Of a DNA stretch of 64,000 bases, positions 12,401 to 27,140 are shown one piece after another. The DNA is taken from assembly GCA_976226885.1 (NCBI GenBank), contig OZ320316.1, forward strand, positions 88,226,001-88,290,000. The letters run 5' to 3'. Position numbers and translations under genes: made by a program. Within the stretch, counting starts at the first letter, position 1. Each line of letters starts with the position of its first letter. The notes beneath the pieces were generated by a model, which did not search any database, was not told the origin of the DNA, and saw only the letters and a program-made list of their open reading frames with translations. The stretch comes from Iphione sp. A-MEVVRFRX5 (taxonomy: Eukaryota).

Positions 12401-14290
12401 TATATCAGATACCACCATGCAATTTACAGATCGCCCACGTTAGGACGGATAATGCTTTTGTAGCACACACTACATAACCATGCGTGGATATGTCTTCAAA
12501 CTCATTAAGTCTACAAGTGATATTATTTCAGCCAGTGAATATGAAATGACCTGCATGACATTACACTTGTCGAAATGAAGACCGTCTGCATAGTAATGTA
12601 ATGGTCGTCAGCCTAGGAATATTCAACTACACATAATTATGTACCTGTAAGTGTACCATGGCTGGGCCAGATTTAATGTACAAAGCAGGCGTGTGCCACC
12701 TAGAATAGCTCAGGTGAATCACGAATCTAAGACTCAGTTTAACTTGCTCCATCTCCATTGCTGTAGCAAACATTGTCGTGTCTTGCCGTTCGTCATTTCC
12801 TTTTTCTGTTCATTTTGTCTGTAGGGTGGCATCTGATGAGACGATAGATTTAATACCAATTGAATGTTTTCGACTGTAAACGAAATGAAATAACCAATGT
12901 TCCCATAATATAATTAAACAATGTGATTAAGTAGTGAGATCTGGCAAAAGAGTTAGAGCCACAGCATTTTGCAAAACATGATATTTAATTACCTATATGT
13001 ACTTCCGTTTACCTATCCCTAAATACTTTAAGGAAGATATTCCAAGAAAGGGTGCCGTATGAAGCAGGATCCAATCGTACAATCTACTCTATGGTACATT
13101 ATCCAAATAGCTAGAAAATGATAGCACTGTTCCCAATAAACACAACACCGGCGTTTTACAAATGCGCCAGCGTTATCGCATGGGACTGGTATTAATTTTA
13201 AAGGGGAAACGCAATAACCTGACAGGGCCCGCTTTATTTATTCCCATCTCTCATGGGACCAGAGGACTAAAACAATGGCGTGTAATTGCAGTGCTTGCTA
13301 TAAAACAGTAAAAAAACAATTCTCCATAGCATTTGGAGGTTGGACAACACTGTGTCTCCACCAGTCAGATTTATCTACTTCTATCACCTCGAGTTGATGT
13401 GGCGTGGTCGACTTCTTTTGTTTGCAAAATTTAAATCGGATTGTGCAATTGAGCGTGATCTAGCTGTGCTGTGCTGTGCTCTTTTTTATAATCACAGAAA
13501 AACATATTACTCAGCTTTGCCTTTGCCTTACTACGGATTACCTCACTAGTCACAGAAAAGTGGGCATGCTACTAGCGCAACAGCCTGCTGTAGGCTGGGC
13601 GGGCATATCAAGCCACTTAGTGGGGGGAATGCCGAGGAAAGAATAGATTTCCATACTGATAAAACCATGAGCAATGTGGCCTTGTCCAGTCCACTCTTCT
13701 TAAAAGTTTGGCACTTTTCAAATGGTTTCTTATGCATAGAGGTTTTAGGCCTGGCTACCTGAAGAACAGCGTCAAGACAACCAACACGAACGAACTGTTG
13801 CACTGCAGCTTCAGGATAGGGAAACGTCTAGTGTAGAAGACCTAACTTGACTGTACTTCAAAAGGTTGATTGAGTCTAAATCCCCGTGGAACGTGGGGCT
13901 TTGATCCCTGATTCCCCTCACCATGGCAACAGCTCCTTCATCTCAACAGCAAGCCTTGGAGATGGGGAAACATCACCTGAGCACCGGGGCACGATGGATT
14001 GACCGTCACAGCTCCCACCATCATCTCGGAGAAGAAGCTGGACGCAACGGGCCGGTTAAATTATGACTTAGTGGACATCGACCAATGGCACACAAGAGAG
14101 GAGCGGGAAGAAGGCTTATTGGCTTAAGCCGGTCGTCGTTGCCGAGAGCTTGATGGGTGAGGCGGGCGAGCTGTCGCCCTATCTCTATCTAAACCGCCGC
14201 CGATGAAACCGCCATCAGGAACAATCGCCACCCGACCTGTCTCCGTTGACCTCCCACCCACTGGTTGGTTGAAGGAGGGGGCTCAGCGGA

Positions 14291-14310
14291 AATAATAATA
14301 ATAATAATAA
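14291..14310 (+). repeat. (AAT)6 microsatellite
   Basis: Read directly. Confidence 0.95.
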
Positions 14311-16370
14311 AAATCATACCACGGCCATAAGGATTGCGCACAAAATGACGTAGTCTTGTTCCCATTGCCTGCTGTCCCTAGAATATGTTCCAGGGTTATC
14401 AGCTTGAAGGTCATTAATCAGATGTTCTTTTTCCACGGCTGTGAATCACCGCTGTTTCTGGATATTTTAAACTCATTCCACGTAAATGATATTTATACAT
14501 GTCATGATAGTGGTTTTACATCGGCACTCAGTGCTACATTATAAAAACGGCCGTGTAAGAAGGAAACAGGACAAAAAACATCTAGTAACTGATTGACGAG
14601 CAGTGCATTCGTCCTCTAAAGAATAGTCTGTTTTTCATGTTGGTGGTTATTTCTCGCGAGCCCATACCTTTTTAAAATAATGATTAATTTGACAAAACAC
14701 TCCCCTGCTGCCTGGCTGATTGATACTCCATACAACTGGACTGGGAGTAATTTGAATAGATCCCCTCCTTGGTTCTGGATTAATACCGGTACTACCATCC
14801 AACCATTGTTGAGTGCCGTCTTTTTCTGGGCGTCTAGATAGGGGTTATTGCCGAAGGGCGAAGGAAAAAGCGGAACAAGTTAATTGTAGAAATCTGGCCG
14901 AACACAAACCTTTCTCCTTAATCACGCTCAAATCAGGTTGGCAAACCTGCCTTGTCACGGGGGAGGGGGGGGGGGGGCTCCATCATGTCGGAGTTTACGT
15001 TACGCTGTGCCTCTGGATGGGAAATGAATCAATGGGAGCGGAGCTACTGTTAGTCTTGACTCACGAAAGGCACCCTCCTCGAATGTAATGCCTGCGAACT
15101 CACGCACGTGTTCCTGGTAGCATTTGGCTGAATAGAGGCATACAAGAAGAAAAAAAAACAAGATGTACCGCCATCGTATCAAACAGGCACGCACCCAGCA
15201 GATAGTTTGCGCAGTTTCGTCCTCCAGCATTTAATTCCGGTGGCAGACAACGCCATTGACTCGTGTGCTTCGCATGAAACCTAAGAGATCAAAGTGCTTT
15301 TGTCCGCTGTAACTCTGACTGGTATCAAATAACCCCGGGCTCAACCCTTCAGTGTGGCTGTAAAATATTTGAACACAAGGCGTCGTCTAGAAGAAAACTG
15401 AAAATTCTTCGAAAGGCACTTGACAACATGCGAGTCCGTGCTATTTACGAGGGATGTATCGCTTCGTTAGTGAGTAAATGGACGTGGTGGCCTTCAGGTT
15501 TAATGCGGCATTGCGTCTGAGCGTGCCTTATTGGTCTGTGAATCCACAGCCGCTTCCACGTTACGAGCCTAATCAAGAGCCCACACGCCGGGCAAGGTTC
15601 CGTACACCTGCGCCGCGCCGACAGCTGGCCCACACACCGGTGTGAGCAGGGGAAAAAAGCCTCGGCTTTATAATTAATTTTCATCAAAAATTGGGGGAGG
15701 TCTTTAGTGTTGAGGGAACGTGAGGCTTAATCAGAATGCTCCGACATAAAGAGAAAGTGTGTGGGGGGAGGAGGAGGAGAAGAAAGACACAATTACTATT
15801 TAATCTCAATAGCTCCCCCAGCCCCACCCCACTGAGTACCAGACATCGTGAACAATGTACCACTTTGTTTTACATGGCTGCAACCCTACTTCATAGTTCA
15901 TGCACGGTTCCAATATGTTATCTTTTGAACGTGGCTCTCGGTTTGGCGAGGAGGGGAGGCAGCCTGGGGTGACAGTGAGGATCAGTTTCTCTTGTCGCAT
16001 AACGTGTCATGGGAACGGAATACTGTTGAACATTGCAGGTTGATGTGGGATTTTATGAACTAATATTGATCTCTTTTTGTGTTCAGGTTTAGCATGCCTA
16101 TGACCTTTCGATCGTTTTCATTTGTCGTTACTCTCTTCCAAAGGCATCTTACATTAAAGTTAGGGAAGTGCATGTATAAAGGCATAGCATGAAACATGAC
16201 TACGACATGAAACGTAATGAGGACGGCGCTTCCCCATTGATAATTTACTACACTAGAAAGGCACCCTATCTGACATTTGTTAATAATTCCATGTATTTTT
16301 TTTATAATGTATACACGTCTCCTAGTGCACTTTGACATTCTTGGACTCATGAGTCACCCCTTTGTTTCAG

Positions 16371-16436
16371 GGTGGACCCCAGGACCCTTCAGAGGAGATC
16401 GTCTGACAGGCATCCATCTCCTCCTGCACACCGAAG
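16371..16436 (+). CDS. Candidate 66-nt symmetric exon
   Basis: Acceptor caccccttttgtttcag-type tract (AG 16369-70) and donor AAG|GTCAGT at 16437. Phase 2-2 reading VDPRTLQRRSSDRHPSPPAHR. The phase-1 frame is also open and the phase-0 frame has a stop. Confidence 0.3.
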
Positions 16437-19400
16437 GTCAGTCATCTGGCGTGCCATGTTTATTGACTCAAAGTAACCCGAGCATCCCTTCTGTTCATTC
16501 CCATAGATGGTGAGCCATGTGGTCCACTATTGTGAAGACGGACTTTTATAGGCAGCATTGTTACAGCTATGATAATTACATTGTACTTAAAATATATATG
16601 CCCACATAACGTCTATTAATACACACACAGAATAAATGTATTCAAATTTTGTTTGGCATGGGACATATACAACACACCTCTTGCCTGTATTTGTGTGGTT
16701 CCGCTAGGGACCCCACGAGTTCGTGTGTCTGTTAGAGTGACAGAAATAGCAGCACTATATCTTTTGTCATAATTAGGACTCCTCTGATTATGATTCTCGG
16801 TGGAGAGTGATTGTGATCTTTATGAGATACGTCCGTATTTTAACAATCTTTTCACTATACGGGTCTTATCTTCGTATGTTCTCGAGTCTGTTGCCTTTAA
16901 CAGTGCTATTCCGACTCATCTACAAACGTTGCAAGTAATAAGCTCACAGATTGATGAAGTAATAACGGATCACTGATTACACGGGGCCCATATTCGCGTC
17001 GTAAGGAACACACGTATATGGCAATCCATAACCAGACAGACCGATTGCAGCATGAAATTGAACAATCAATATACAATTCGATGGCCATTTTTTCATCTCC
17101 CCTGATCTACCGGTGGAAGGAAGGCTGTTCGGCTTAACGGTATTACGCCTTTATGACGCACTTAAAGGACTAGAGATATAAGCCCTGATATGTTTCATGT
17201 ATAAATCAGAGCGGTTGGGATTTCCTTCGGCTCTTTGGTAAACCGAAGGCACCTTAATGGCCGTCATTTAAGGACAATAGATCTGCCATGGAAAATATGA
17301 TGCAATCTCGTTGTGTCGCACATAGAATTAAACGACAACATCGCTGTATTACCGGTGTTTTCCTCAGTAATAATTTGTAAGTCTCTGGTCTCTGTAAATT
17401 GTGGTAGTCCAGTACAAGTCAGAAATACCATGATGAATTTACACGTATACACTAATGTACTGTGGTCCCTGAGTTTTGTTGGGCTGTTACCGTAAGAGGA
17501 GAAATGAGACTTACATGCCAGTTGTCATGCTTTCGATTTCTGATTCTACATACGAGTACATGTACATGTACAGATATTTTCAGACCTCATTTGTACTGTA
17601 AGGGGATGAATTACATAAGCTCGGATATATATTTACTGTAAAATGTTCAAATATATGTACATGTACATATAGACGAAATTTCCATGTGCATGTCTTTCCC
17701 ATCTGTACGCTCCCTGAAAGAACACGATGTCCATATGTCCTAATAAAAGATACGCCGATTCCTTGTTTCGAAAGTGCACACATGGATGGGGAACTTGCAT
17801 TTATAGAAGACTTGTCTTGGCCCAGTTTCCATGTACCTGTGTTTCCTACCCATGTTTCTACGGTTAAAACGCAGAATCTGTTTTGTTAATGGAATCAAAG
17901 ATATAAGAACCCCGGTGAGAGTAGAAATACGTGTACGTGTACTGGTAAGTTGAGTCCAATTTTGTTCTCAGTGGTTCCACCAGTACATTCTTCATATATT
18001 CAGAGGATATATTCTCTAAATGGATCTACCAGTCCACCCTCACTACATATAGTTATTTGTTATTTTGAATGTGACCAGTAGAACCAATTAAAGCAAAAAG
18101 CATTTGGAAGTATGTCATTCAATCCAAACCTGTTGTCCTGTTAAGCTTTAACTAGGAAAAACATTAGTTTTGCTAAAAAGAAGGTAAGTCCCTTTTCAGA
18201 TACCGGTTTTAGCACATTGTCATCAACAAATACCAATTAGCAGTAAACTGGTGTCATTTCAAGCTTCCCTTTACTTGTTTAGGACCACATACGAATGTAT
18301 CCTACTAGGAGCACGATGTTTAAATATTTCACGTGTTCTGTAAAGGTTGACCGGGGTTAGACTAACTCTGCTTTGGTTGTCTCATTGTTGTGTGACACCT
18401 GTACAAAAGGTGTGCTTACCCGTTAAGTATGGGGACTGGCAGCCTAACACCTGGACAACGGGATACCAGCCGGACCGACGACTGCTCGCTCGGAGGGCAA
18501 ATAAGTCACTGAGGCCCACGATACCTGATACTGGCAGGTTCAGTAAAGGTAGCTAATTATGAGCTCAGCTGTGGACACTGTGTTAAATCTACCTTGATGA
18601 AAATATAAACACGAGTGCTACTTTCCTTAGTCAGATGTAAAAATGCTAACGTTAATAGACTAGTATACACCATCAAACTTTATAGATTCTCCTACATTTA
18701 GGAACACACTGTCACTCGACTTTCTATTTAGCATTAACATTACGTGTACAGTTTGGACACAAATTTCCCCTGTGTCAGTCTTTGTCCGACTTACTCAATT
18801 TGATCCAGTTGCACCCAGGGTTTCAGGGCAAACGACTGTACCACCACTGATACCGACTATAAATGTTCTGCCCTTGCCAGGTGGGCGTGGAGGGGCTGGT
18901 CACAGGTGGACACTTAGATGAGAGAGGGAATACTCTACACACGATAATAACCAGCTGCCCTCTTGACCAGGCGATATCTTGTTGACCAGCCGCCGGCCCT
19001 GAACAATTGGGTGTGTTTTCCCTATTGTGAGGCGGGACTTGGAGATTACAGGGAACGTTCCAAAGTTGGTGCGTTGCGAATGCCACCAGCAAAGACTTGA
19101 CACACACCAAGACAGATGGGGAAAACTGGGAAATGAAAATATCGGCAGTTCTTCGCCCAAATAACTAATAGCACCTTTTGTATCTGCGTGGATTGGATAA
19201 GTTTCACATCATCCGTTATTGTGCAAATTGACCTTTTTTCCAACTAGATTTGCGAATATTCGCTCAAGATCCATTTCCGTCAATTCCAATGCAATTCCAA
19301 AGATTAACTTAAATCTATGATACACTTATTTAGCTCCACTTGAAGTGGGGTACATTTGCGGTGGTGCAGTTGGGTAGATCTGTTTATCGAAGCGAGCAAG

Positions 19401-20103
19401 GTGGGCCTCAATAGTCCCTTTGCAGTAGCCATATCCAAACATTATAATATTTGTCCTACTCGACAAACATCCAGTCCTTTCCAGTCGAACATTACGCAAC
19501 CGTAAGTGGCAGTATCATGACTACAGTGAGAACTTGATATTGATGTCGAAGCCATAATATTTTTTCGAGATACACTTTCCTTTATGGTCAAAATAAATGC
19601 CAGATAACATGGTTTTAATCAAATGCCTGCTCTTTCCGCTCCGATTCAGTCTTTTGCTTGATTAAGGTTTTCTGAGAGGAATGAACCTATCGCTGTGGTT
19701 CTTGCAGTTGGTCTTGAGGATTTAGTCCTAATTTACATTACTTTCGGGTGACCGTCCTCCCGTCGATAGAGAACCCAATTATGAACCGGGGGATTGGTAC
19801 ACTAAAAGGCCTGAGGGTCCTCCGATTGCTTGCTTGATTGGTTAAGGGATTTTCACCTTTTGTCTCTACTGGTAGTCCAGAAAGCAGTTTAGCCGCATGC
19901 CTTCCTCTGCAGAGCAGGTTGAATGGCGCTCTGAAGGGAGGTAAATGAAAAAGAATTTTTCCTTTGTGTAAGCCATTAGAATGTCAGTAATTTCACCCGC
20001 ACGTAGGTAATAGATCCCAGCAAGTAGCTACATAAAAGACAGGAAAACTACTGCTCTACTAATACCAAATGTGAACGCGTCCCGTATTCCTGGGCATGTG
20101 GCC

Positions 20104-20159
20104 TGCGTATATTTTGATTTCTGATATCCATTTATGCGTATATTTTGATTTCTGATATC
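20104..20159 (+). repeat. Local direct duplication of 25 bp (period 31)
   Basis: tgcgtatattttgatttctgatatc at 20104-20128 and 20135-20159, identical. Confidence 0.95.
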
Positions 20160-21420
20160 GATGTATAATGCTACCTATTCTCGTTTTTAACAATGGAGTA
20201 GGTCCCGGCTAAATTTAACTTCTCTCATCTAAGCATGCCGACGTGTGGTTATTTTTATGCTTCTGTATGGCTAAGAACATTGCACTCTGGCTGGTGTTCA
20301 AAACACACATATTCGATCAGTATAACAGCACAGACTAATACTATCAAGTTCAATAACAGAGTCTTTGGCCCATAACACCGATACAAACATATATGGAAAG
20401 TAGCAATTGACTTGCTTTAGGGGTTTATAGAGTTCCACAAATACGAATAAGCGCCTAACCGGCCACTGAATGTATAGGTAAATGTACGGTACGATCGGCC
20501 CCAAAAGGCATGAACCACCAAGAGAAGTGTGGGTATTTAATTCGAACAATTACCAATTCATTACTATGAGGTATAAATCTATCACACAGACAAGAGTGTC
20601 TCAGATTGACATGGTTCTGTCTAATTGAATGATGTTGGCCATTGAGTCCTCCACAGTAGCGGTCCGAAAACCATACCAATAAATTTCACTTATTGCGAAT
20701 GCTGATGTAAACTTGATGGACTGCCTTTTAGAGGGCAATCATACATTGTGTAAAGCTTTCCCTGTGAAATATTCACACTTGTTTATTATACATGCGAACA
20801 CTCCATTTATACCCATAAATGACATCTCGCTCAGCCTTAACCAAAAATCTATTCAATTTCCAAGTATCCAGTGAATAAACCCAACCCAACGGCAGTTTAG
20901 CCTCCACACCTGCAGGTCCTTGAGGTCAAGTTAAACAGCAAGCAACGGGGATCCTCTCTCCAGTGGCCCCCAAGGAAAGCGCCTCTCGACCAAAGAAGTA
21001 CCTCTCCCTGTTCGATATAACGTGACTAAATGGTCCTCTTAGCCAGAGGAAACGGGCACAGTCACATGTACCTTGCACAGCCCAAGTTTCTTTGCTTTAA
21101 GACATGCCAGGGCGCATTCCATATCCTAAAATATAGTATTATGTATAATCATAGCAAGTACATATTGACGTATATGCACGAAAAATTCCTTTAAGTAGGC
21201 TGAAGGCAAATGTTATACTGCGACAATATTTACATCCTTTTTTTTGAAATATACATATACATGTATGCATATGATACACATGTACAGCCAGCTGTTTTTC
21301 AAGTTACGCTTCATGTGTCCAATCTTTCGGCCAGCATCCTGCACTTTGCTTCGTTCTAAATTCATGACACTGTGCGGGGTCGTGGCCTCGTTGACATGAC
21401 TACAGCATGGGGCTAACCAA

Positions 21421-21813
21421 ATGCGGAATCTGATGACTGTAGAGCTGCGCAATGCGCCATTGACTGGAGTTGACCAAGGCCAATATCCCTCGATCCCCCG
21501 CTGGCAGAGCCCAGTCCAGCTGTGCGGCGGTCAGCAGCGGGCGGTCACACAGGACACAGGTGTGCCCGCCGCCACCACCACAGCACCCGAGCAGGCGTGC
21601 TCGCACGCATCTATCTACGCGGGGGCTCCCATCGTGAAACCCGGAGCGGTGCGGTGCCCCTACTTGTCAGGACCCAGGTTCCTGGGAGGCCCAGCTGACA
21701 GAATAGCCCTACTTGACACACTCATGGACAGGCGGGCGGCTGATCTAATGGCCGGGCACCTCGCCGTGGAGCTGATCCAAGCGAGTGTGCGCGCCTATAG
21801 CTGGCAGCTCTGA
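21421..21813 (+). CDS. GC-rich 130-aa ORF of unknown status
   Basis: One of the longer ORFs, in a GC/CpG-rich island, with many C/G-ending codons. A possible weak acceptor lies at 21442 (ctaac...tgtag). No recognisable domain, and it may simply be a CpG-rich enhancer. Confidence 0.15.
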   Translation: MRNLMTVELRNAPLTGVDQGQYPSIPRWQSPVQLCGGQQRAVTQDTGVPAATTTAPEQACSHASIYAGAPIVKPGAVRCPYLSGPRFLGGPADRIALLDTLMDRRAADLMAGHLAVELIQASVRAYSWQL

Positions 21814-24800
21814 ACGACACCATTATACATGTCTCGTCCACTTCTCCAACACATGTCGCGGACGACAGTATGAGGGACCGTACACATCTGGGACAACTTC
21901 TGTACAGTGGTGACTGTCGCCTTCATCACAACACGGAGTTTACCATTAGTTTATTCTACGCCAGAACTATACGATCGTATCATCGTCGTGTGAGAGGCGA
22001 ACACTCAACTTCCACTCAGAAACTTCGCGAAACCTCATGCAGCTATACAAGTTAGCTAACCTTAAGTGGGCCCGAAACGGACATTGTGTCAAAGGTACTT
22101 ATACATGTAGTTTGTTAATTGAATCCGTTCATGTTTTATTCAATTAGTTACCGTTTAATGGTCATTACTAAAAGCATAATGTACATCGGTGACATGAAGA
22201 TGTAGTTGAGACATGTTCAGAGGAATTCAGCAACAAGATTGAGGTTGCATGCAGTGTTTCATCCATGATCAACTTCCATCAGATGCTTTAGTAAAACATG
22301 CTCTACATGTATTCCATACGTGTGCAGGTTCCTCCTAGCTCATTTTGGCCTACCTCTTAGTCCCGCCATACCACACACGCTATTAATATGGTTGACGACA
22401 GCGATTACATGTGCCCACTATGACATTGTATACTGTGAGAGATTGCCTGTTCTTTGGCGGCATAACCCTTTTTACCCTTTTTTTCCCGAAGACATGCAAC
22501 ATGAAAAGTAGTGGATCTCCTGGAAATTATATACTTTCTCCAAATATTTAAACAAGTGGGAAAGGGTCTCAGGCGGTCTTTCCACCCACCAAAGAGGCAC
22601 AACGCTATGTGTTTGGTTGAGATGGAAACCCCGAACTCATACCTAAAGATTAACCGTTCGCAAAGAAACCACACTTAAAAAAGCATGTGTGTCAAGTTTG
22701 CGTGTTTATAAAGAAAATACGTATGCCTCAAGGATGCAACAGGACTGTCTCTCGGTTTCATGTCATCTTTATCTCGATCCATCCTCAGCGACGCGTTTCA
22801 TGAGCTGAGAATGCTCCACGCTGAGCCGTACCCTTTGTGCATGGAAGGAAGAAAACATTACAAAGTTGATTTTATCTTTGTAAGAAAACAAGATACCATG
22901 TACATCCTCCCTTTCATTTTTATTTAAGCGAAACCAATCATGACTACCGACAAAAAACTGCTCATACGTTCATGGGCGGTCCCATGTATTATAAACATAG
23001 CTACGAAAAGGCAATATTACGTTAGAATATCAAGCGCTAAAAACCTGCACCTCAGGGAACTGACCTGCTGTCGACCTTTATCCCTCTCCTATATGGCTAC
23101 TAGTGGCTAATCGGTCGCTTTAAATCACCTGGATTCCCAACCCTTACCTTAAGCATGCATTATTAACGAGGCAGCCCCAGGCAATTAAGGGCCTCACTGG
23201 CATCCGGTGAACACTTACTTATTCAGGCTCAATCGGTCAGCACGTGTTTGGATCCTCTTATTTCTGTCTCACGTTTATAATGCATGCTCTTCTGATATTT
23301 TACACAATAGCTTAGTGCCTAGAAGTAGAGATGAAACGGTGATCTGGCTACTTCTGCACTGTATTGCAGACAGGTTATACTGCATTACATATATACTCTT
23401 TAGCATATAACTCAGAGGCCTCACTTTGTCGTATCAATAAAAGCTAAGGCGACTATGTGTTTGTAGATCTTCACCTGTACTCGCTCATCTCTTCTTCACA
23501 ACGATGCAGTTATTTCTGCATCAAAATTAAAGGTTATTGTACTTGCACGGTTGGAGCTGGACTTTTTTTTTAAATGTATCGCTAATTCTAAACGTATTCC
23601 TTTCTTATATGAATATGAAGAAACTATTTGTGGTCTTATGGTTCCTGGTATGCCATTTGGGTCATTTTGTTAATTTTTTTCAATATTGTGAGACGTTTAT
23701 AGAATAAGTTCAATGGAACAAACACGTGTTTTCATGCCTTTGCTACCCTGGTAGGATTAACCTCTTGTTTATTTAAGCAAAGGCATCTCATGGGAATTAG
23801 TAGGATTATATTTTCTCTGCCATGTTAATCCATAGAATTCATCTTGTGTAAGTAGCCCGTAGCAGGCACTGCCTCGGAGCCAAATGAACCAATTCGTCCT
23901 ATTATCAGCTACGCATTTGGACGGCTTTGATGGGCAACGAGAACCTATTGTCCTCAATTGAAATTCTAAGCGGCTAAATGGAAATCGTGCGAGGCTGTCC
24001 TTTTTGTATCACTTCATAGCCGCAATGGCGAATGCAGAGTCTGCGGCCATCGGTGTCATCATCATTTCTGGGATTTGATCGTCAAAAGGTCACAAGTTAA
24101 CTGTCGCATCCCAATTCGACCTCTTGCCTTCAACGCTACGACCATCGCTTGCCCATTTATTGTTCGCAGAAACTAATCAACCGCAAGTTAGATAAGTGTC
24201 CGCTACCCAGTCGCGGCTGTCTTGGTGACCATGACGACCCGGTGAATTTCATATCACAACCTGAAGGCAGTTATGTCTGGCCATCATTCATTCACCCCCC
24301 AACTAACCCCTGGCGACCCATGCGGCAATCGGCCATACAGTCGGATTTCGAGGCATCCCACTGGCACATAAAAATAGAACCAAATCAGGCCGAGGGAATG
24401 GACCAACTAAATGGCATGATAGATTTAATTGCGTTTCTGCCAATAGGTACAAAAAGGTATTGATGGATGGACATTTTAAGTATGAATAATCACGTTGCCA
24501 CAACGGGAATATATTTATTAAACTATGCTAAGCTCTTTGATGCATACTGCCCTATGCAGGACTAAATCGTGCTAGAGGTCTCAAGCAAGCTCACCCCTGT
24601 GATATCTCCGTATTCTTTTTAAATTCTCATTTTGCGTCTCATAGGATAAGGGTGTGCCGAGTTCAGATCACTTCAGTCGCAGGAGCCTTTCAGACCATTG
24701 GATCAATTCAGAGCTGGGTGGCCAGCTCATCATCATCTGTTGCGGAACACACTATTGGCATTTTGCAGAGCTGTTCAGTCGTAGCCGTCCAGCATTGAGT

Positions 24801-26984
24801 TGATCAGAGTGACTCGGCCTGGGCGCTGCCATCCACGCATCAGGATGGAATGAGCGGCTACCCGGGTAGAACCAGCCTTTCAATCACCACACTGGCGGAC
24901 GGTCCAGAATGGCTGCAAAACCCCCAACTGTCGCTACTACTCGAGGGCGAATTAGAAGCAAAGGCACAGGCTTTTAGTCAATAGGCTTTGGAGGCCTGTT
25001 TACGGGAAATCCTAGGACGGCGTACCTTCATGGCCCGGAAGGCTTCTACATGTATAGGTATAGCTCGGACCATTAGGCGTCTGTGGCCCTGGCACATCTG
25101 TACAGTTCTCAAACGTATATGTTTTAAATAATCACGTACTTGTTTGCTATTTAGTATGTACATTTAACTTCTTCTCTTGCGTTATCCATTATTAATATTT
25201 TATTATTGGCGTAGAACGATATCGAATGAATGTTAGTGCATCACATCTGAACATCTCTTGATATGCCGATATTGCAAAACAAGTCGGCGGATGAGAACCT
25301 AAAAGGTTATTGGGATTGTTTTACGTCTCGGCTGGCAATACGGAAATGGAACTAAATCGCATCGGGGGTTTTATATTTCTATCGTTGGCATTCATCAATA
25401 GATTGCTTCGTGGCCCATAGAACTACCAACGCTGGGAACATGTTTCCCTTGTGTGCCCTTCCGTCAGTAGGAAGTAGCTGGTTTGTACTGAAAGAACAAG
25501 CCCCACAAAGACTCGCCAGCCATCCAATAAATTCTCTTCCTTGCCCGGCCCCAGGCCACCCACGGCCTAATGGCAAACTCACAGGAATAAACGTTTTCGT
25601 TTGTCAAGCGGCGTACATGCCGGACGGAGTGCCCATCTGGTCCCCCGGAGCCCCTGGCCCACTCTGTAGACCCTTTAACTCATTAGCAAATCAATGTTTT
25701 CCATGGGCCTGTTTGCAGTTAACACAGCTAGCGCGAGAAGGAGCGGGGCGACCGGCGCCAGGGCAGTAAAACCATTGATTTGTAGACTCTAGCTATCGAT
25801 TGGCAGCTTTTGGGAGTTTCTGACTGAAGTGGACAGTTGCTGTCTATCAGAAAGTAATAGCGGGAAGTGAACGGCCAGTGTGCCTCTGCTTCAGCTGTCA
25901 TAGACATGCCAGTGATGAAAGGAAACGTATCACGCTCACATCAGTTTCTTCTTCCAGAAGCAGTATGCCCACTGACGTAGGATAATGGAATTACAAGAGC
26001 GTTTCCTTCCTCCGCGGGTTGATGCAAAGACTCCTATAAATATACATGTAATCGCATGTATCTCTCCATCACCGCAGCAACTGAAACGACCTTAGACTTT
26101 GCATTACGATTCCCGGCATCAGCTGCGACGGACGAGTTAGAACAGGAAAACTGCATTTGTCTCAATATTGTGCCCTCACTTGTGCGTTAATGTTTGTGGC
26201 GTCCTCTGGTGAAGAAATAACAGACGCATGTCATGTGCATTAATAGGCAATGCAAGTAACCACTCTAACAAAAAATCCCTGTTTTCAATTACTATTGTGG
26301 AATTATTGTCATATTTTCATTCAAATTAATCAGGCACTAACTTTATACTCCAAAACGTATTCAATAACATTTATTCATCTTTGGTAGACGGCTGTGGGCA
26401 ACATGCATGGCCTTAAAATTTCAGTTACATGGTGCAATTCGCACACTGATGGTTTTAATAAAGAGCTGTTGACTAAGTGTGTTTTATATATTGAAGCTCA
26501 GGTACATGTATAAAGACTTCACAGATGGACTTCATAGATGAAAGGGATATAGAGTATTAGTATTCTGTGAGGAAAGTACACGTATCTCGAGGGAAAGACA
26601 GCTGCACCAGGATCAAGTTGAAATTGATTAGTCAATTGAGAACCATCAAAACAGAAACAAATTATGCAATAATCAATGCTTAGGTCCTTTATGTTAAATA
26701 CCTATGTAGTTGTAATCAATGCATTGGTACAAAACATTCACTGCTGGTATTAGTGTTTAATACACCCAAGGAACCTTCCTATTTTAGTCCTATTTCGAAA
26801 AGGATACCTTATGGATGCAATGACCCTTAATCATCTAAGCTATAAATTGAGAAACACTATCTTACAATTTGTTTGATCTAGATTGTTCTGCCCGTATTCA
26901 GCTGCAGGGCCATGATTTACTGTCGTCTTTGTATCATTCAATCCTTCATCTACTATCAATCACGTGGGTCACATGACTGACACC

Positions 26985-27140
26985 ATCCAATCAGAACTGA
27001 TGTGGCACTAAAAAGCGCTCTGATTGGATTAACGGCGTCGAGGACTCGTCTTTGTTTCCCGCGCGCGGGAGACTGCGTTCGTCTGCTTTAGGTAATCTGA
27101 TGAAGTTTGAGCTCATTATTAGCGAGCTAATTGGTGATTG
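26985..27140. promoter_or_regulatory. CCAAT-box-rich, promoter-like element
   Basis: 11-bp inverted repeat atccaatcaga (26985-95) / tctgattggat (27019-29), each arm a CCAAT box. Two-sided E2F-like tttcccgcgcgcgggaga at about 27055-72. Further ATTGG motifs near 27130-27140. Confidence 0.35.

Noticed and set aside
19881-19940. Possible 60-nt phase 2-2 exon (KQFSRMPSSAEQVEWRSEG)
   Set aside because: Phase-compatible with the plus-strand chain, but the acceptor is ambiguous (three candidate AGs) and the donor GTAAAT is only moderate, so it is not listed as a feature.
24700-24960. AEHTIGIL (Harbinger-like) and GPEWL (BEL/Pao-like) peptide snippets
   Set aside because: Two incompatible weak resemblances with wrong spacing to neighbouring motifs.
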